Shown here one piece after another: positions 39,061 through 49,426 of a stretch of 63,781 bases of DNA (positions are counted from its first letter, which is position 1; the number at the start of each line of letters is the position of its first letter). The stretch comes from an uncultured Clostridia bacterium (GTDB lineage Bacteria; Bacillota; Clostridia; Oscillospirales; Ruminococcaceae): positions 1 to 63,781 of the forward strand of contig CAMWMN010000001.1 of the NCBI GenBank assembly GCA_947175385.1. Direction: 5' to 3'. The notes under the pieces are model-generated. The model did not search any database and was not told the origin of the DNA. It worked only from the letters and a program-made list of their open reading frames with translations. Both the position numbers and the translations under genes were made by a program.

Positions 39061-40383
39061 TCATGCGCCCTTTTTATCACTGACCGACTCAATCAGCCGG
39101 CGCACCGTTTCGTCAAAGTTCACGCTTTCATCAACCGACTGCATAAGAAAACCGTTTATTGCGTCAATCTTGTTTATCGCCTCGTCCAACGCGGGATTTG
39201 TGCCGTGCTTGTACGCGCCAATGGAAATCAGGTCGAAATTCTGCTCATACAGCGACATCAGATTTCTAAGCTGCCCCGCCGCCTTTTTGTGCTCGGGAGT
39301 GGCAATCTCGCTCATCAGTCGCGATACGCTTGGGAGTATGTCAATCGCGGGATAGTGGTTCTGCGCCGCAATTTTACGCGATAGGATTATGTGCCCGTCA
39401 ATGATACCACGAACGGTATCGGCAATCGGCTCGTTGGTGTCGTCACCCTCAACAAGCACCGTGTAGATGCCCGTAATCGAGCCTTGCGGGAAATTCCCCG
39501 CGCGTTCGAGCAACTTCGGCAGCGCGCTGTAAATGGACGGAGTGTAGCCGCGTGCGATTGGCGGTTCGCCCGTAGAGAGACCCACCTCGCGCAGTGCCAT
39601 CGCGTAACGCGTCAAACTGTCCATCATCAGCAGCACATCATTGCCCTGCCGCATAAAGTACTCGGCAATCGCAGTCGCGGTAAGCGGGCACTTCGAGCGC
39701 ATCATCGCGGGCTGGTCTGAAGTGGCAACCACCAAAACCGACCGCGCCATACCCTCCTCGCCGAGGTCGCGCTCAATAAACTCGCGCACCTCACGTCCAC
39801 GTTCGCCTACAAGCGCGATAACGTTGACGTCCGCCTTGACTTTTCGGGCTATCATACCCATCAATGTGGATTTTCCAACTCCCGAACCCGCGAAAATGCC
39901 CATTCTTTGCCCTTTGCCCATTGTGAGCATTCCGTCAATCGCCTTTACTCCAAGTTGAATTGTTTCGTGTATCGGCGGGCGTGTGAACGGATTCACGGGA
40001 ATACCCGTTATGGAAACCTCGTCAACGTAGTCTACGGGCGGACCGCCGTCCAACGGATTGCCAGTTGCGTCAATAATGCGTCCCACCAAACCCGGACCAA
40101 CCCGCACATTCAGCTTGTCGCCGGTGTTGTCGACAATGCTTCCCGGACCGATACCCTCAATTTCGGTGTACGGCATCAACAGGATATTGCTCTTGTTGAA
40201 GCCCACCACCTCGGCGCAAATGTAACTTTGCATATCCTTTGAAAAGATTCGGCAAACATCGCCGATATTGCACTGCGGACCGCTTGCCTCAATGGTCATT
40301 CCGACAATCTTTTCAATCCTGCCCATATAGCGGAACAGGTCGCTGCCTTTTATATCGTTACGGAAACTGGCAAAATTTAACAT
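39061..40383 (-). CDS. fliI: flagellar export ATPase
   Basis: GIFAGSGVGKST, GERGREV, MDSLTR. Confidence 0.97.
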   Translation of the reverse strand: MLNFASFRNDIKGSDLFRYMGRIEKIVGMTIEASGPQCNIGDVCRIFSKDMQSYICAEVVGFNKSNILLMPYTEIEGIGPGSIVDNTGDKLNVRVGPGLVGRIIDATGNPLDGGPPVDYVDEVSITGIPVNPFTRPPIHETIQLGVKAIDGMLTMGKGQRMGIFAGSGVGKSTLMGMIARKVKADVNVIALVGERGREVREFIERDLGEEGMARSVLVVATSDQPAMMRSKCPLTATAIAEYFMRQGNDVLLMMDSLTRYAMALREVGLSTGEPPIARGYTPSIYSALPKLLERAGNFPQGSITGIYTVLVEGDDTNEPIADTVRGIIDGHIILSRKIAAQNHYPAIDILPSVSRLMSEIATPEHKKAAGQLRNLMSLYEQNFDLISIGAYKHGTNPALDEAINKIDAINGFLMQSVDESVNFDETVRRLIESVSDKKGA

Positions 40384-40409
40384 ATCCGATTGCCCTCCCG
40401 TTTGATAAC

Positions 40410-41384
40410 TTAATCTTCTCCCGATTCCTCGGGTTCCTCCGCCGGCTCTTCGCTTGCGGACTTCTTTCTGCGGCGCGTTTTCGGCTCGGGTGATTTGAAC
40501 TTCCCGTCGCCCAATTCGCGAATCATCTTAAGTTGTGTGTTGATACCCGCATCAATGATTTCCTCGCCGTTGTCGACAATCACCGTTCCCGGCGCGGCAT
40601 CGGCAATCAGCTCCACCTCAACGTGCGGAATGCCGCCGCAAAGCCCCCTCAAGTACTCATGATCACCCGCAAGCTCGGTTGTCGCGCCGTTTTCGTCTAG
40701 TGTAATGCGGATAAGCTGCGCGTTGCGGAACTCCTTCGCCGCCTTTTTGATGAGCTTTTTCGCCGCCGTGCCGTCCTTTACAGCCATCGAACCCAACGTT
40801 ACCTTGTTGGCGATTTCCATTGCGGTTTCGTAGATTTCTTTCTCGTACCCCGCGAACAACTCCGCTTTTTCGGAATTGATCCGCTCCGCGAACGTCCTTG
40901 CCTCGTCCAGAACATCTTGCCCCTGCGCCAGCAGAGCTGCCACAGCGTCCTTTTTGCCCTGTTCAAAGCCCTCAGCGCGCGCCTTTATGAACATTCCCTC
41001 GCGGTTGGTCTCGGCATCTTTCACGATTTCCGCCGCCTCGTTTTGTGCGTTCTGCACAATGTTTTCGGCGCGGCGCTTCGCCTCGAGAATGACCTCCTTG
41101 CCTTGCTCGATGTACTGTTCTTTCAATGCGGCAAGCTGCTTTTCAAGCTCCTCGGCGCGCCGCTCCCGGAGAATAAGCTCCGTTTCGCGCTGCGCGAGGA
41201 TTTCCTCCACCGAAAATCGCGGCTGAATCTCCTCGACAGTCTCTTCCTCAACGGGTTCTGGAATCTCCTCTTTAGTCGGCTCGACAGGCACTTCCTCGGG
41301 AATATTCGTTTTCGCAAAGCTGACGGTATTCTGAATATCCACTCCACCGCCATACCGCACGGAACTGTATTTCAATACTCCCAA
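40410..41384 (-). CDS. fliH: flagellar assembly protein
   Basis: AxxEGFxxG repeat and coiled coil; between fliG and fliI. Confidence 0.8.
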   Translation of the reverse strand: MGVLKYSSVRYGGGVDIQNTVSFAKTNIPEEVPVEPTKEEIPEPVEEETVEEIQPRFSVEEILAQRETELILRERRAEELEKQLAALKEQYIEQGKEVILEAKRRAENIVQNAQNEAAEIVKDAETNREGMFIKARAEGFEQGKKDAVAALLAQGQDVLDEARTFAERINSEKAELFAGYEKEIYETAMEIANKVTLGSMAVKDGTAAKKLIKKAAKEFRNAQLIRITLDENGATTELAGDHEYLRGLCGGIPHVEVELIADAAPGTVIVDNGEEIIDAGINTQLKMIRELGDGKFKSPEPKTRRRKKSASEEPAEEPEESGED

Positions 41385-41410
41385 AAATATCCCTCCGAAT
41401 CACGGTAAAT

Positions 41411-42436
41411 TTAAGCAATGATCTCGTCACTTCCGCCGCGGGAAATGGTAATTGTTCCCTCTTGCTCAAGCCGTCTGATAATGCCGACAATACGCTGCTG
41501 CGCTTCCTCGACATCGCGCATACGCACGTTGTGCAGATACTCGATATCTGCCTGAAGATTTTCTCTCGCACGCGAGGAAACGTTCGCGAAAATACACTCC
41601 GCAACCTCTTGTGTCGAGCCTTTGATCGCAACCGCCAGATCCTTGGAATCCACCTGCTTGACAAATTCCTGAATCGCCACGGAATCGAGGCTGACAATAT
41701 CCTCGAATACGAACATCTTCTGCTTGATGAGGTCTGCCAGTTTCTGGTCGCGCACCGACAGCTCGTCGAATATGTACTTCTCGGTTGCGCGGTCTACATT
41801 GTTCATGATCTCCGCAACATATGCAACACCGCCGACCTCCATAGAATCGGAGCTTGCAAGTGTCGCGAACTTCTTCTCCAACGAACCCTCGATGGCCTTG
41901 ACGACCTCGGGCGAAGCGCGGTCCATATTCGCGATTCTCTCAACGACCTCCACACGCTTCTCCTTGGGCAGCTCGGACAGAATCGCCGATGCCTGATCGG
42001 TTCGCGCATAGGACAAAATCAGCGCGATTGTCTGCGGGTGTTCGTTTTGAACGATTGCCAGCAGGTTTTTATAGTCCGCCTTGCGCACAAAGTCGAAAGA
42101 CTTAGTTTCAAGCTGCTTTGTTATGCGGTTCAGCAGCATATCCGCCGCTTCCTTGCCGAACGCTTTTTCCAAAACGTTCCGCGCGTAATCCAAACCGCCC
42201 TCGGCAACCACTTTCTGTGTTAGGCACATCTCATAGAACTCGTTGAGAGTTTCCTCAACGACTTCCATCGGATGATATTCCATACGCGCAAGCTCTACGG
42301 AAATCGCCTCAACCTCTTCATCGGAAAGGTGCTTATATATCGCGGAAGCGTTCTCCGCGCCCATTGAAGCGAGTACAATCGCGCTTTTTTGTGCGGCTGT
42401 AATCTCGCCTTCGCCTTTTTGATTATTTGCAGGCAT
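41411..42436 (-). CDS. fliG: flagellar motor switch protein
   Basis: EHPQTIALILS, MFVFEDI. Confidence 0.97.
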   Translation of the reverse strand: MPANNQKGEGEITAAQKSAIVLASMGAENASAIYKHLSDEEVEAISVELARMEYHPMEVVEETLNEFYEMCLTQKVVAEGGLDYARNVLEKAFGKEAADMLLNRITKQLETKSFDFVRKADYKNLLAIVQNEHPQTIALILSYARTDQASAILSELPKEKRVEVVERIANMDRASPEVVKAIEGSLEKKFATLASSDSMEVGGVAYVAEIMNNVDRATEKYIFDELSVRDQKLADLIKQKMFVFEDIVSLDSVAIQEFVKQVDSKDLAVAIKGSTQEVAECIFANVSSRARENLQADIEYLHNVRMRDVEEAQQRIVGIIRRLEQEGTITISRGGSDEIIA

Positions 42437-42460
42437 TTTAATCCCTCCTCAGTTTACGCG

Positions 42461-44104
42461 TTAGCTTTCGTCCCTCAACATATTTTTAATAATAGACGCT
42501 ACAATATCGGGACTAGATCGCGCAAATTCGGCAATCTCCCGCTTGAGGATTGTTTCGCGGGAATCCTTGCCCGCCTCCTCGGTGAGGGAAGCGATGTTGA
42601 AGTCGACCTCCTCGGGGGCTTCGTGATCCATACCAAAACCTCCATTGATATCCTCTGCGGCTGACTGAGCGGCAATAAGTGCCTGCTCCTGTCTGCGGCG
42701 GATTTTCTTTTTACGGCTGTGACCCATACACAGCGAAACGATTAACAACGCAATAAGGACAACACCCAGCACGATAACCAAGAACAGCAGCATATTGCGG
42801 TAAGGATCCACCGGCTGCGTAAATATTCCGGCGTTGGAGGACGTTCCGGGAGCAGACGGCAGCGCGAACGGCGTTGCCATAACGGATACAGAAGTTGCCG
42901 CAACGGCATTCATAACCACCAACTCTATTGCCTCTCGCTGTGCCTCGGTGATGGAATTGGCGTCCACCGCGACTCCCACAGTCAGCCTTTCAATCTCATA
43001 GCCGTCCTTCTCGATGGTGGTCTTGATATTGGAAACATCATACTGTTTCTGATCTTTATTATAATAGTATGCCTGACCGTCCTCAAGACCGTCCAGCGTG
43101 GGATATTCGGGCGACTGGTCGCCATTGGTGGTTACACCGGGGATTCCGCCGGTATTTCCGAGGGAGTTGTACCAGTTCACCTTATCCTCTTGCTCGAGAA
43201 CACCGTGGATCGTGCCCTCAAGCGGCTTATACTCAATTTCCTCAACCTTTTTGGCATCGTAATTGAGCCACGCGCCAACGCTTATGGAATACCCTTTCGA
43301 ACCGTAAATCGGTTCGAGGAATGATTTCAGATCCTGCATCAGCAAATCACGCATCAAACGTTGGAACTCCCAACGCTTTCGCGCAATCGGCACACCGGAC
43401 TTATCGGTTCCAAGCGCCTCCTCTTCCTCCTTGGAAATCCACTCATAGGGACGTCCTTGGGTATCGACTACGGAAATATTGTCATATGTAAGCCCGTCAA
43501 CCGCGTTTGAAACGGTCGCGAAAATCGCGCGAACCTGCTCGTTTGTAAGCTCCTCGCCCTCGCGTAGCGTCAGTGTAATCGAACATCTGGGAACTTCTTC
43601 CTTTTGAGTGATCACATAATCGCGCGTTTCGGGAACATCCAACAGTACGGTCGCTTCCCTTACAGGCTTCAGCTTCGCCAAGGTCACCGCGATGTTGTGT
43701 TCGCGCTGCTGACGCATAACCTCGCGCTTATCCTTATCGGTGGACCACAAGTCAAGTCCGTCATTCCAGATGGAGTAGTCCCCCGAGCTTTTCGGATAGC
43801 CCTGCACGGCAAGCTCCATACGCAGATAATCCGCCTGATTGGACGGAACGATGATTTCCCCGCCCTTGACGGTGACATCGTTTACGCCCATCTCCTGGAT
43901 TTTCCCGGAAATCTCGCCCGCCTCCGCCGCGGTAAGACCCGAATACAATACCACATCGCTGGTGCGGTTCAGCAGATTCACCAGAATGATGATGATTGCG
44001 ATAAGCGCGATGGGAATCGCGATAATCAAAATCTTCACCGCCGTGGAAAACCCCGACCACTTATCCTTGACAACGGTGGTAACCTTTTTTATTCTTTCGT
44101 TCAT
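42461..44104 (-). CDS. fliF: flagellar MS-ring protein
   Basis: Two TMs, LYSGL ring domain, synteny. Confidence 0.88.
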   Translation of the reverse strand: MNERIKKVTTVVKDKWSGFSTAVKILIIAIPIALIAIIIILVNLLNRTSDVVLYSGLTAAEAGEISGKIQEMGVNDVTVKGGEIIVPSNQADYLRMELAVQGYPKSSGDYSIWNDGLDLWSTDKDKREVMRQQREHNIAVTLAKLKPVREATVLLDVPETRDYVITQKEEVPRCSITLTLREGEELTNEQVRAIFATVSNAVDGLTYDNISVVDTQGRPYEWISKEEEEALGTDKSGVPIARKRWEFQRLMRDLLMQDLKSFLEPIYGSKGYSISVGAWLNYDAKKVEEIEYKPLEGTIHGVLEQEDKVNWYNSLGNTGGIPGVTTNGDQSPEYPTLDGLEDGQAYYYNKDQKQYDVSNIKTTIEKDGYEIERLTVGVAVDANSITEAQREAIELVVMNAVAATSVSVMATPFALPSAPGTSSNAGIFTQPVDPYRNMLLFLVIVLGVVLIALLIVSLCMGHSRKKKIRRRQEQALIAAQSAAEDINGGFGMDHEAPEEVDFNIASLTEEAGKDSRETILKREIAEFARSSPDIVASIIKNMLRDES

Positions 44105-44154
44105 TAAGTAATAAGCCTCCTAAACAGCCTTGACGGCGCAATCACCAAAGCCGC

Positions 44155-44508
44155 TTAAATTTGCATATTTATAATAGAGCTGTATGTGCTGAGCACCTCG
44201 TTCTTCACGGCAACCAGCGTTTCAACAGCGATTCCCGCCTTGTTGATATGCGCCTGAACAGTCGCCAAATCGTCAATGTTGCCGAGCATAATATCGATCG
44301 TATCTCGGTCAACCTGCTCGTTGGTTTCAACAGCGTTGGTAATCAAGCCCTTAAAAATGTCCAAGAATGAGATGTTCTGCGGATCGGCGATAACGGTTTT
44401 TCCATCGTCCGCGCCTATTGGCAGCATTTTCTGCATTCTTTCCATTCTTTCCATACGCTCAAGCGGCGTAAGAACTCCCACTGATTCGATAGGATAAATA
44501 GAAGCCAT
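44155..44508 (-). CDS. fliE: flagellar hook-basal body protein
   Basis: C-terminal VKNEVL..Y..IINMQI. Confidence 0.85.
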   Translation of the reverse strand: MASIYPIESVGVLTPLERMERMERMQKMLPIGADDGKTVIADPQNISFLDIFKGLITNAVETNEQVDRDTIDIMLGNIDDLATVQAHINKAGIAVETLVAVKNEVLSTYSSIINMQI

Positions 44509-44571
44509 TAAATTTGTCCTCCGGTATTATATAATTAATAATGTATCACCCGCCGCTATGGGCGGAAACTA

Positions 44572-45048
44572 TTATTTTCCGATATTAAGCGACGCCTGAA
44601 TGATCCCTTGCATCGCCTCGAACACCGATTTGTTTACCTCGAAAGCTCTCTGCGCCTCCATTGCGTCCATCTCCTCAATTGCCTTGTCGACATTCGATTC
44701 GTAAACGTAGCCGTACTCGTCCGCAAGCGGATTATTCGGGCTGTACACAGGCTCTGCGGGAGTTGGATCGTCAACCACGCGAACCACCTGAACACCTTTC
44801 AAATCAATGTAATCGTACACATTGTTGGTAAACTGAAGCGGGTCGAAATCATCTGATGTGATCTTCCTCGCCAACAGCTTATTAAACGACTTATCCTCCG
44901 CGAACACCACCATCTGGCGCTTGTATGCGTCCTCGGGTCTGGTCGCGTATGTATTCGCCAGTGCAATGTTCTGCGAAATGATGTCAAACCTAAGACGTTG
45001 GGCGGTCATTCCCGAAAGCGGGATATTAAGCGAGCTTAAAAATGCCAT
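44572..45048 (-). CDS. flgC: flagellar rod protein
   Basis: SGMTAQRLR.DIISQNIA, YSP..PLAD..GYV..SNV. Confidence 0.92.
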   Translation of the reverse strand: MAFLSSLNIPLSGMTAQRLRFDIISQNIALANTYATRPEDAYKRQMVVFAEDKSFNKLLARKITSDDFDPLQFTNNVYDYIDLKGVQVVRVVDDPTPAEPVYSPNNPLADEYGYVYESNVDKAIEEMDAMEAQRAFEVNKSVFEAMQGIIQASLNIGK

Positions 45049-45060
45049 ATTTTACCTCCA

Positions 45061-45426
45061 TCACTTGGTGACGATCGCGCTGCGCATACGCGAGAAGTTG
45101 CCGTTCATCTGATTGATCAGCGCATCGATCTGGTATGCCACGCGTGTGTACTCCGCCTGCTGAACATCATTGTCAACGTTGTTGCGGTCGCCCTGATCGC
45201 TTGTCGCGGTATCGATAACCAACCTTTGAGCAAGGTTAAGCTCCTTTTTCACAGTGCCGTTCGCACGCAGCTTATCCTTGAGGATCCCGCCGAACTCCAG
45301 ATATTTACAGTTGTAATTCGGGGTATCCTGATTGATGATGTTCTGAGAAATAACCTGCTGCTTCTGCCACAGAACAGCAAGTCCCTGCTCGCAGATTCTG
45401 AACGCGGTGGTGTCGAAGAGTGCCAT
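45061..45426 (-). CDS. flgB: flagellar rod protein
   Basis: QQVISQNI.N.DTPNY, D.NNVD.D. Confidence 0.9.
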   Translation of the reverse strand: MALFDTTAFRICEQGLAVLWQKQQVISQNIINQDTPNYNCKYLEFGGILKDKLRANGTVKKELNLAQRLVIDTATSDQGDRNNVDNDVQQAEYTRVAYQIDALINQMNGNFSRMRSAIVTK

Positions 45427-45498
45427 TACAATCCCTCATTTCTTATATTCGTGCTATTTTAGGGCATAACTTGCCCATAGCAAATTATCTTACTTTTA

Positions 45499-45527
45499 AT
45501 TATACACCATTTTTCTTAAAATTTCAA
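45499..45527 (-). promoter_or_regulatory. sigma-A promoter of the fla/che operon (TTGAAA-17-TATAAT)
   Basis: Near-consensus. Confidence 0.7.
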
Positions 45528-45722
45528 GCCTTTGGGACAAATTTTTTCTCTTATTTAATAAGCATATGTTTCCGAAACAGGGAAATTGTGGGAATTTTTA
45601 CGTAAAAAAAAGCTTTTTTAAGCCCTTTTTTGACATCATTGTGCATAATTAATAAACCGAGGGCAAAAATTTCGTCGAAATCACCAATAGCGTCCAAAAT
45701 AATGGATTTTTTGAAAAATCCC

Positions 45723-45751
45723 TTGACAAAAACAAATTTCTGTGATAAAAT
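45723..45751 (+). promoter_or_regulatory. sigma-A promoter of the trp leader (TTGACA-17-TAAAAT)
   Basis: Near-consensus. Confidence 0.75.
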
Positions 45752-45784
45752 ATAATAGCAATTAAATATGCCCTTAAAAACCAA

Positions 45785-46086
45785 TGAAGCAGAGATAAAG
45801 ATATTTGTGCACTCACAGAGAGCGGACGATGCTGAGAGTTCCGCAGAACGCAGAGTATCAAATGGACTGCCGAGGGCGCGGTCAAAGAGATTCTTAATGC
45901 AGATTCGTGTTTTGGCGCGGATTTGCGGAATCGGAATTTCGAGTATTCCGCGACGTGTGCGAGCGTTAATCGCGGGGATATGTTTGTATCCGATGAGTGC
46001 GCGGTTTTCCGCGAAATAAGGTGGCAACGCGGTGAGTTTTCTCCGTCCTTATGACAGAATTATTCTGTTTTAGGGCGGTTTTTTTG
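45785..46086 (+). promoter_or_regulatory. Trp T-box riboswitch
   Basis: AGAGAG and GCTGAGA stem-I motifs, specifier TGG at 45863-45865, T-box AAGGTGGCAACGCG near 46018-46031, terminator 46041-46085. Confidence 0.9.
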
Positions 46087-46114
46087 TGCAATTTTACGTA
46101 AGAGGAGGCAGATT

Positions 46115-47587
46115 ATGCTTACACCAACCCTTGAGGAGGCGCAAAAGCTCTCCGAGTACGGCGTTATTCCGATTAAACGCGAAATTTTCGCTGACATCAA
46201 AACCCCAATCGAGGTGCTGAAAATCCTGCGCGGGGTCAGCCGCCACGTGTACATTCTCGAATCGGTCGAGGATCGCGAAAAATGGGGACGCTATACATTT
46301 CTCGGCTATAACCCCGCGTTGGAAATCTCATGCCTTGACGGTGAGCTTACCGTCAAGAATATCCAAACCGGTGAGGTTACGAGCCAAAAGACTGCCCACC
46401 CGGCGAACTATATCAGCGATTTAATGCGCGAATACACCTCTCCAAAACTAAAGGGATTTCCGAGTTTTACGGGCGGTCTGGTGGGCTACTTCGGCTACGA
46501 CTACATCAAGTACAACGAGCCTCGCCTGAAATTGGACGCTCCCGATGAGGAATGCTTTAAGGACGTGGATTTGATGCTGTTTGACAAGGTAATCGCGTTT
46601 GATAATGTTCAACAAAAAATTATCCTGATTACTAACATTTCCACCAAAAATATTGTTGAAGAGTACAAAAAAGCAGAAATGGATTTGGACGAAATGACGA
46701 ATCTGATTCGGCACGGAAAACCCGCCGAAATCCCGCCCGCGAAACTAAAAAGTGAGTTCCGCCCGTTGTTCACCAAAGAGCGGTTCTGCGAAATGGTAGA
46801 TTGCGCAAAGCATTACATTTTTGAGGGCGACATCTTTCAGGTTGTGTTGTCAAACCGCTTGGACGCTGACTTTGAGGGCAGTCTGTTTGACGTTTACCGC
46901 GTGCTGAGAACCACCAATCCGTCGCCGTATATGTTTTACTTTTCGAGCGATGATATGGAGGTCGCGGGAGCGTCGCCCGAAACGCTTGTAAAGCTGGAGG
47001 ACGGCATTTTGCACACTTTCCCGATTGCGGGTTCACGTCCACGCGGGCGCGATGAAGCCGAGGACGCGAAATTCGAGGCTGAACTGCATACAGACGAAAA
47101 AGAGCTTTCCGAACACAATATGTTGGTGGATCTGGGGCGGAACGACTTGGGCAGAATTTCCAAATTCGGCAGTGTTGAGGTCGAAAAATATATGCAGATT
47201 CTCAAATTCTCGCACATTATGCACATCTGCTCGACCGTGCGCGGCGAGATAAGAAGCGGTCTGACGGCGCTTGACGCGGTAAATTCAGTGCTGCCGGCGG
47301 GAACGCTGTCGGGCGCGCCGAAAATACGCGCGTGCGAAATCATCAACGAGCTTGAGCAGAACAAGCGCGGAATCTACGGCGGCGCGGTGGGCTACATCGG
47401 ATTTTCGGGCAGCCTTGACACCTGTATCGGAATACGGCTGTGCTACAAGAAAAATGGACGCGTTTTTGTGCGCTCAGGCGGCGGAATCGTAGCAGACAGC
47501 GTTCCCGAAACCGAGTATATGGAGAGCGTCAACAAGGCAAAGGCGGTCGTGAACGCGCTTGAAACAGCGCAGAGGGAGGATTTATGA
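46115..47587 (+). CDS. trpE: anthranilate synthase component I
   Basis: LES, GDIFQVVLS, NPSPYM, EH.MLVDLGRND, PAGTLSGAPK. Confidence 0.97.
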   Translation: MLTPTLEEAQKLSEYGVIPIKREIFADIKTPIEVLKILRGVSRHVYILESVEDREKWGRYTFLGYNPALEISCLDGELTVKNIQTGEVTSQKTAHPANYISDLMREYTSPKLKGFPSFTGGLVGYFGYDYIKYNEPRLKLDAPDEECFKDVDLMLFDKVIAFDNVQQKIILITNISTKNIVEEYKKAEMDLDEMTNLIRHGKPAEIPPAKLKSEFRPLFTKERFCEMVDCAKHYIFEGDIFQVVLSNRLDADFEGSLFDVYRVLRTTNPSPYMFYFSSDDMEVAGASPETLVKLEDGILHTFPIAGSRPRGRDEAEDAKFEAELHTDEKELSEHNMLVDLGRNDLGRISKFGSVEVEKYMQILKFSHIMHICSTVRGEIRSGLTALDAVNSVLPAGTLSGAPKIRACEIINELEQNKRGIYGGAVGYIGFSGSLDTCIGIRLCYKKNGRVFVRSGGGIVADSVPETEYMESVNKAKAVVNALETAQREDL

Positions 47588-48153
47588 TTCTGCTTATTGA
47601 TAATTATGACAGTTTTTCATATAATTTGTTTCAGTTAATTGGTGAGATTGACGAAAATATTAAGGTGATTCGCAATGACGAGCTGACTCCCGAAGAGATT
47701 TTGGAGCTTGCTCCCGCACATATCATCATTAGTCCGGGACCCGGAAAGCCGCGTAACGCGGGCATTTGTGAGGATTTGATCCTAAAGGCGGCGGGGAAAA
47801 TCCCGATTTTGGGAGTGTGTCTGGGGCACCAGGCAATCTGCGAGGTGTTTGGAGCGACAGTCACCTACGCGAAGCAGCTTATGCACGGCAAAAAGTCGTT
47901 GATTAAATTCGATTCCGAAGCCGTGATTTTCCACGGCTTGGACGGGGATTTTGAGGTCGCGCGGTATCATTCGTTGGCGGCAGCGAACGATGGTTTTCCT
48001 AGTGAATTGCGCGTTACAGCGCGGACATATGACGGCGAAATTATGGCGGTAGAGCACGAAAAATTCCCGATTTTTGGGCTGCAATTTCACCCGGAAAGTA
48101 TACTCACTCAGCACGGCAAAAAAATGATGCAAAACTTCCTCGAAATCGGGTGA
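47584..48153 (+). CDS. trpG: anthranilate synthase component II
   Basis: IDNYDSF, SPGPG, GVCLGHQ, QFHPES. Confidence 0.96.
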   Translation: MILLIDNYDSFSYNLFQLIGEIDENIKVIRNDELTPEEILELAPAHIIISPGPGKPRNAGICEDLILKAAGKIPILGVCLGHQAICEVFGATVTYAKQLMHGKKSLIKFDSEAVIFHGLDGDFEVARYHSLAAANDGFPSELRVTARTYDGEIMAVEHEKFPIFGLQFHPESILTQHGKKMMQNFLEIG

Positions 48154-48380
48154 TTTTCCGGGTTTTTTCGGGGACAAAATCCGCGAAAAAACCACCTCAA
48201 AAAAATTGCCGAATCGAGCGTCAAAATCAGCCCATTTTCGGGCATGTTGAAAATCTCGATATTCAGCTTGATTAAGCCGTTTTGACGGTGGGAGATACGC
48301 TTTTTTCAAGCGTGATTTTCGGAGGTTTTTGAGGTAGTTTTCATGCGCGAAATCCGCGTGATTTCAGCAGCAAAATCAAC
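48151..48380. repeat. long imperfect palindrome (MITE-like) between trpG and trpD
   Basis: Nested inverted repeats TGATTTT/AAAATCA, AAAACCACCTCAAAAA/TTTTTGAGGTAGTTTT, CGTCAAAA/TTTTGACG. Confidence 0.55.
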
Positions 48381-48415
48381 GTAAAAAGTCCACTTATTTT
48401 TTGGAGGTAATTTCA

Positions 48416-49426
48416 ATGATTAAAGAGGCGATTTTCAAGGTCGCGAACGGCGAACATATGACCTATGATGAAGCGGCAACGGTTATGCGGGAGATTATGA
48501 TGGGCGATACAACGCCTGCCCAGACCTCGGCATACCTCACCGCAATGCATATCAACGGCGAGAACATTGACGAGGTGAGCGCGTCCGCGTATGTTATGCG
48601 CGACTGCGCCGACCGCGTGACGTACAACGGCGATGTGATGGAGATTGTCGGCACGGGCGGTGACGGTGCGCAGTCCATCAATGTTTCCACCATTTCGGGG
48701 ATTGTCTGCGCGGCAGCGGGCGCAAAGGTTGCCAAGCACGGCAACCGTGCTGCGTCCTCGAAATGCGGCGCGGCGGACTGCCTGGAGGCTCTCGGTGTGC
48801 GTATCTCCGTATCGCCGGAGGGCTGCGCGCGGCTGTTGGACGAGGTTGGTATGTGCTTCATGTTCGCGCAGCGATACCACACCGCAATGAAATATGTCGG
48901 TCCGGTTCGTAAGGAAATCGGAATCCCGACCGTGTTCAATATTCTCGGACCGCTCACCAACCCGGCTCACGCGAATTTACAGTTACTGGGAGTATATAAA
49001 AAAGAGCTGCTGATGCCAATGGCGAAAACCCTCTCAAAGCTCGGTGTAAAGCGCGGAATGGCTGTTTTCGGTCAAGACGGTCTGGACGAGATTTCCGTTG
49101 GCGCGCCCACAAGCATTGTGGAGTTTGAGGGCGAGAAATTCAACGAATATGAAATCACCCCCGAGCAGTTTGGGTTGCCGCGTCACGACATCTCGGAGCT
49201 GCGCGGCGGCGAGCCCTCCGTCAACGCAGGTCTGGCGCAGAAAATCCTCGGCGGCGAAAGCGGCGCGGGGCGCGATTCTGTGCTGTTGAATGCGGGCACG
49301 GCACTGCATATTTATAAAGGTATCACGATTGACGAGGGCATAAAGCTTGCTGCCGAAACAATCGACAGCGGAGCGGCATTGAAAACTCTGGAGAAATTTG
49401 TAAATATCTCCAATGAACTGGAGTGA
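48416..49426 (+). CDS. trpD: anthranilate phosphoribosyltransferase
   Basis: VGTGGDG, KHGNRA.SSK.G.AD, FNILGPL.NP. Confidence 0.97.
   Translation: MIKEAIFKVANGEHMTYDEAATVMREIMMGDTTPAQTSAYLTAMHINGENIDEVSASAYVMRDCADRVTYNGDVMEIVGTGGDGAQSINVSTISGIVCAAAGAKVAKHGNRAASSKCGAADCLEALGVRISVSPEGCARLLDEVGMCFMFAQRYHTAMKYVGPVRKEIGIPTVFNILGPLTNPAHANLQLLGVYKKELLMPMAKTLSKLGVKRGMAVFGQDGLDEISVGAPTSIVEFEGEKFNEYEITPEQFGLPRHDISELRGGEPSVNAGLAQKILGGESGAGRDSVLLNAGTALHIYKGITIDEGIKLAAETIDSGAALKTLEKFVNISNELE

Noticed and set aside
45551-46027. ORFs across the flgB-trpE intergenic region
   Set aside because: The region is explained by divergent promoters and the T-box leader
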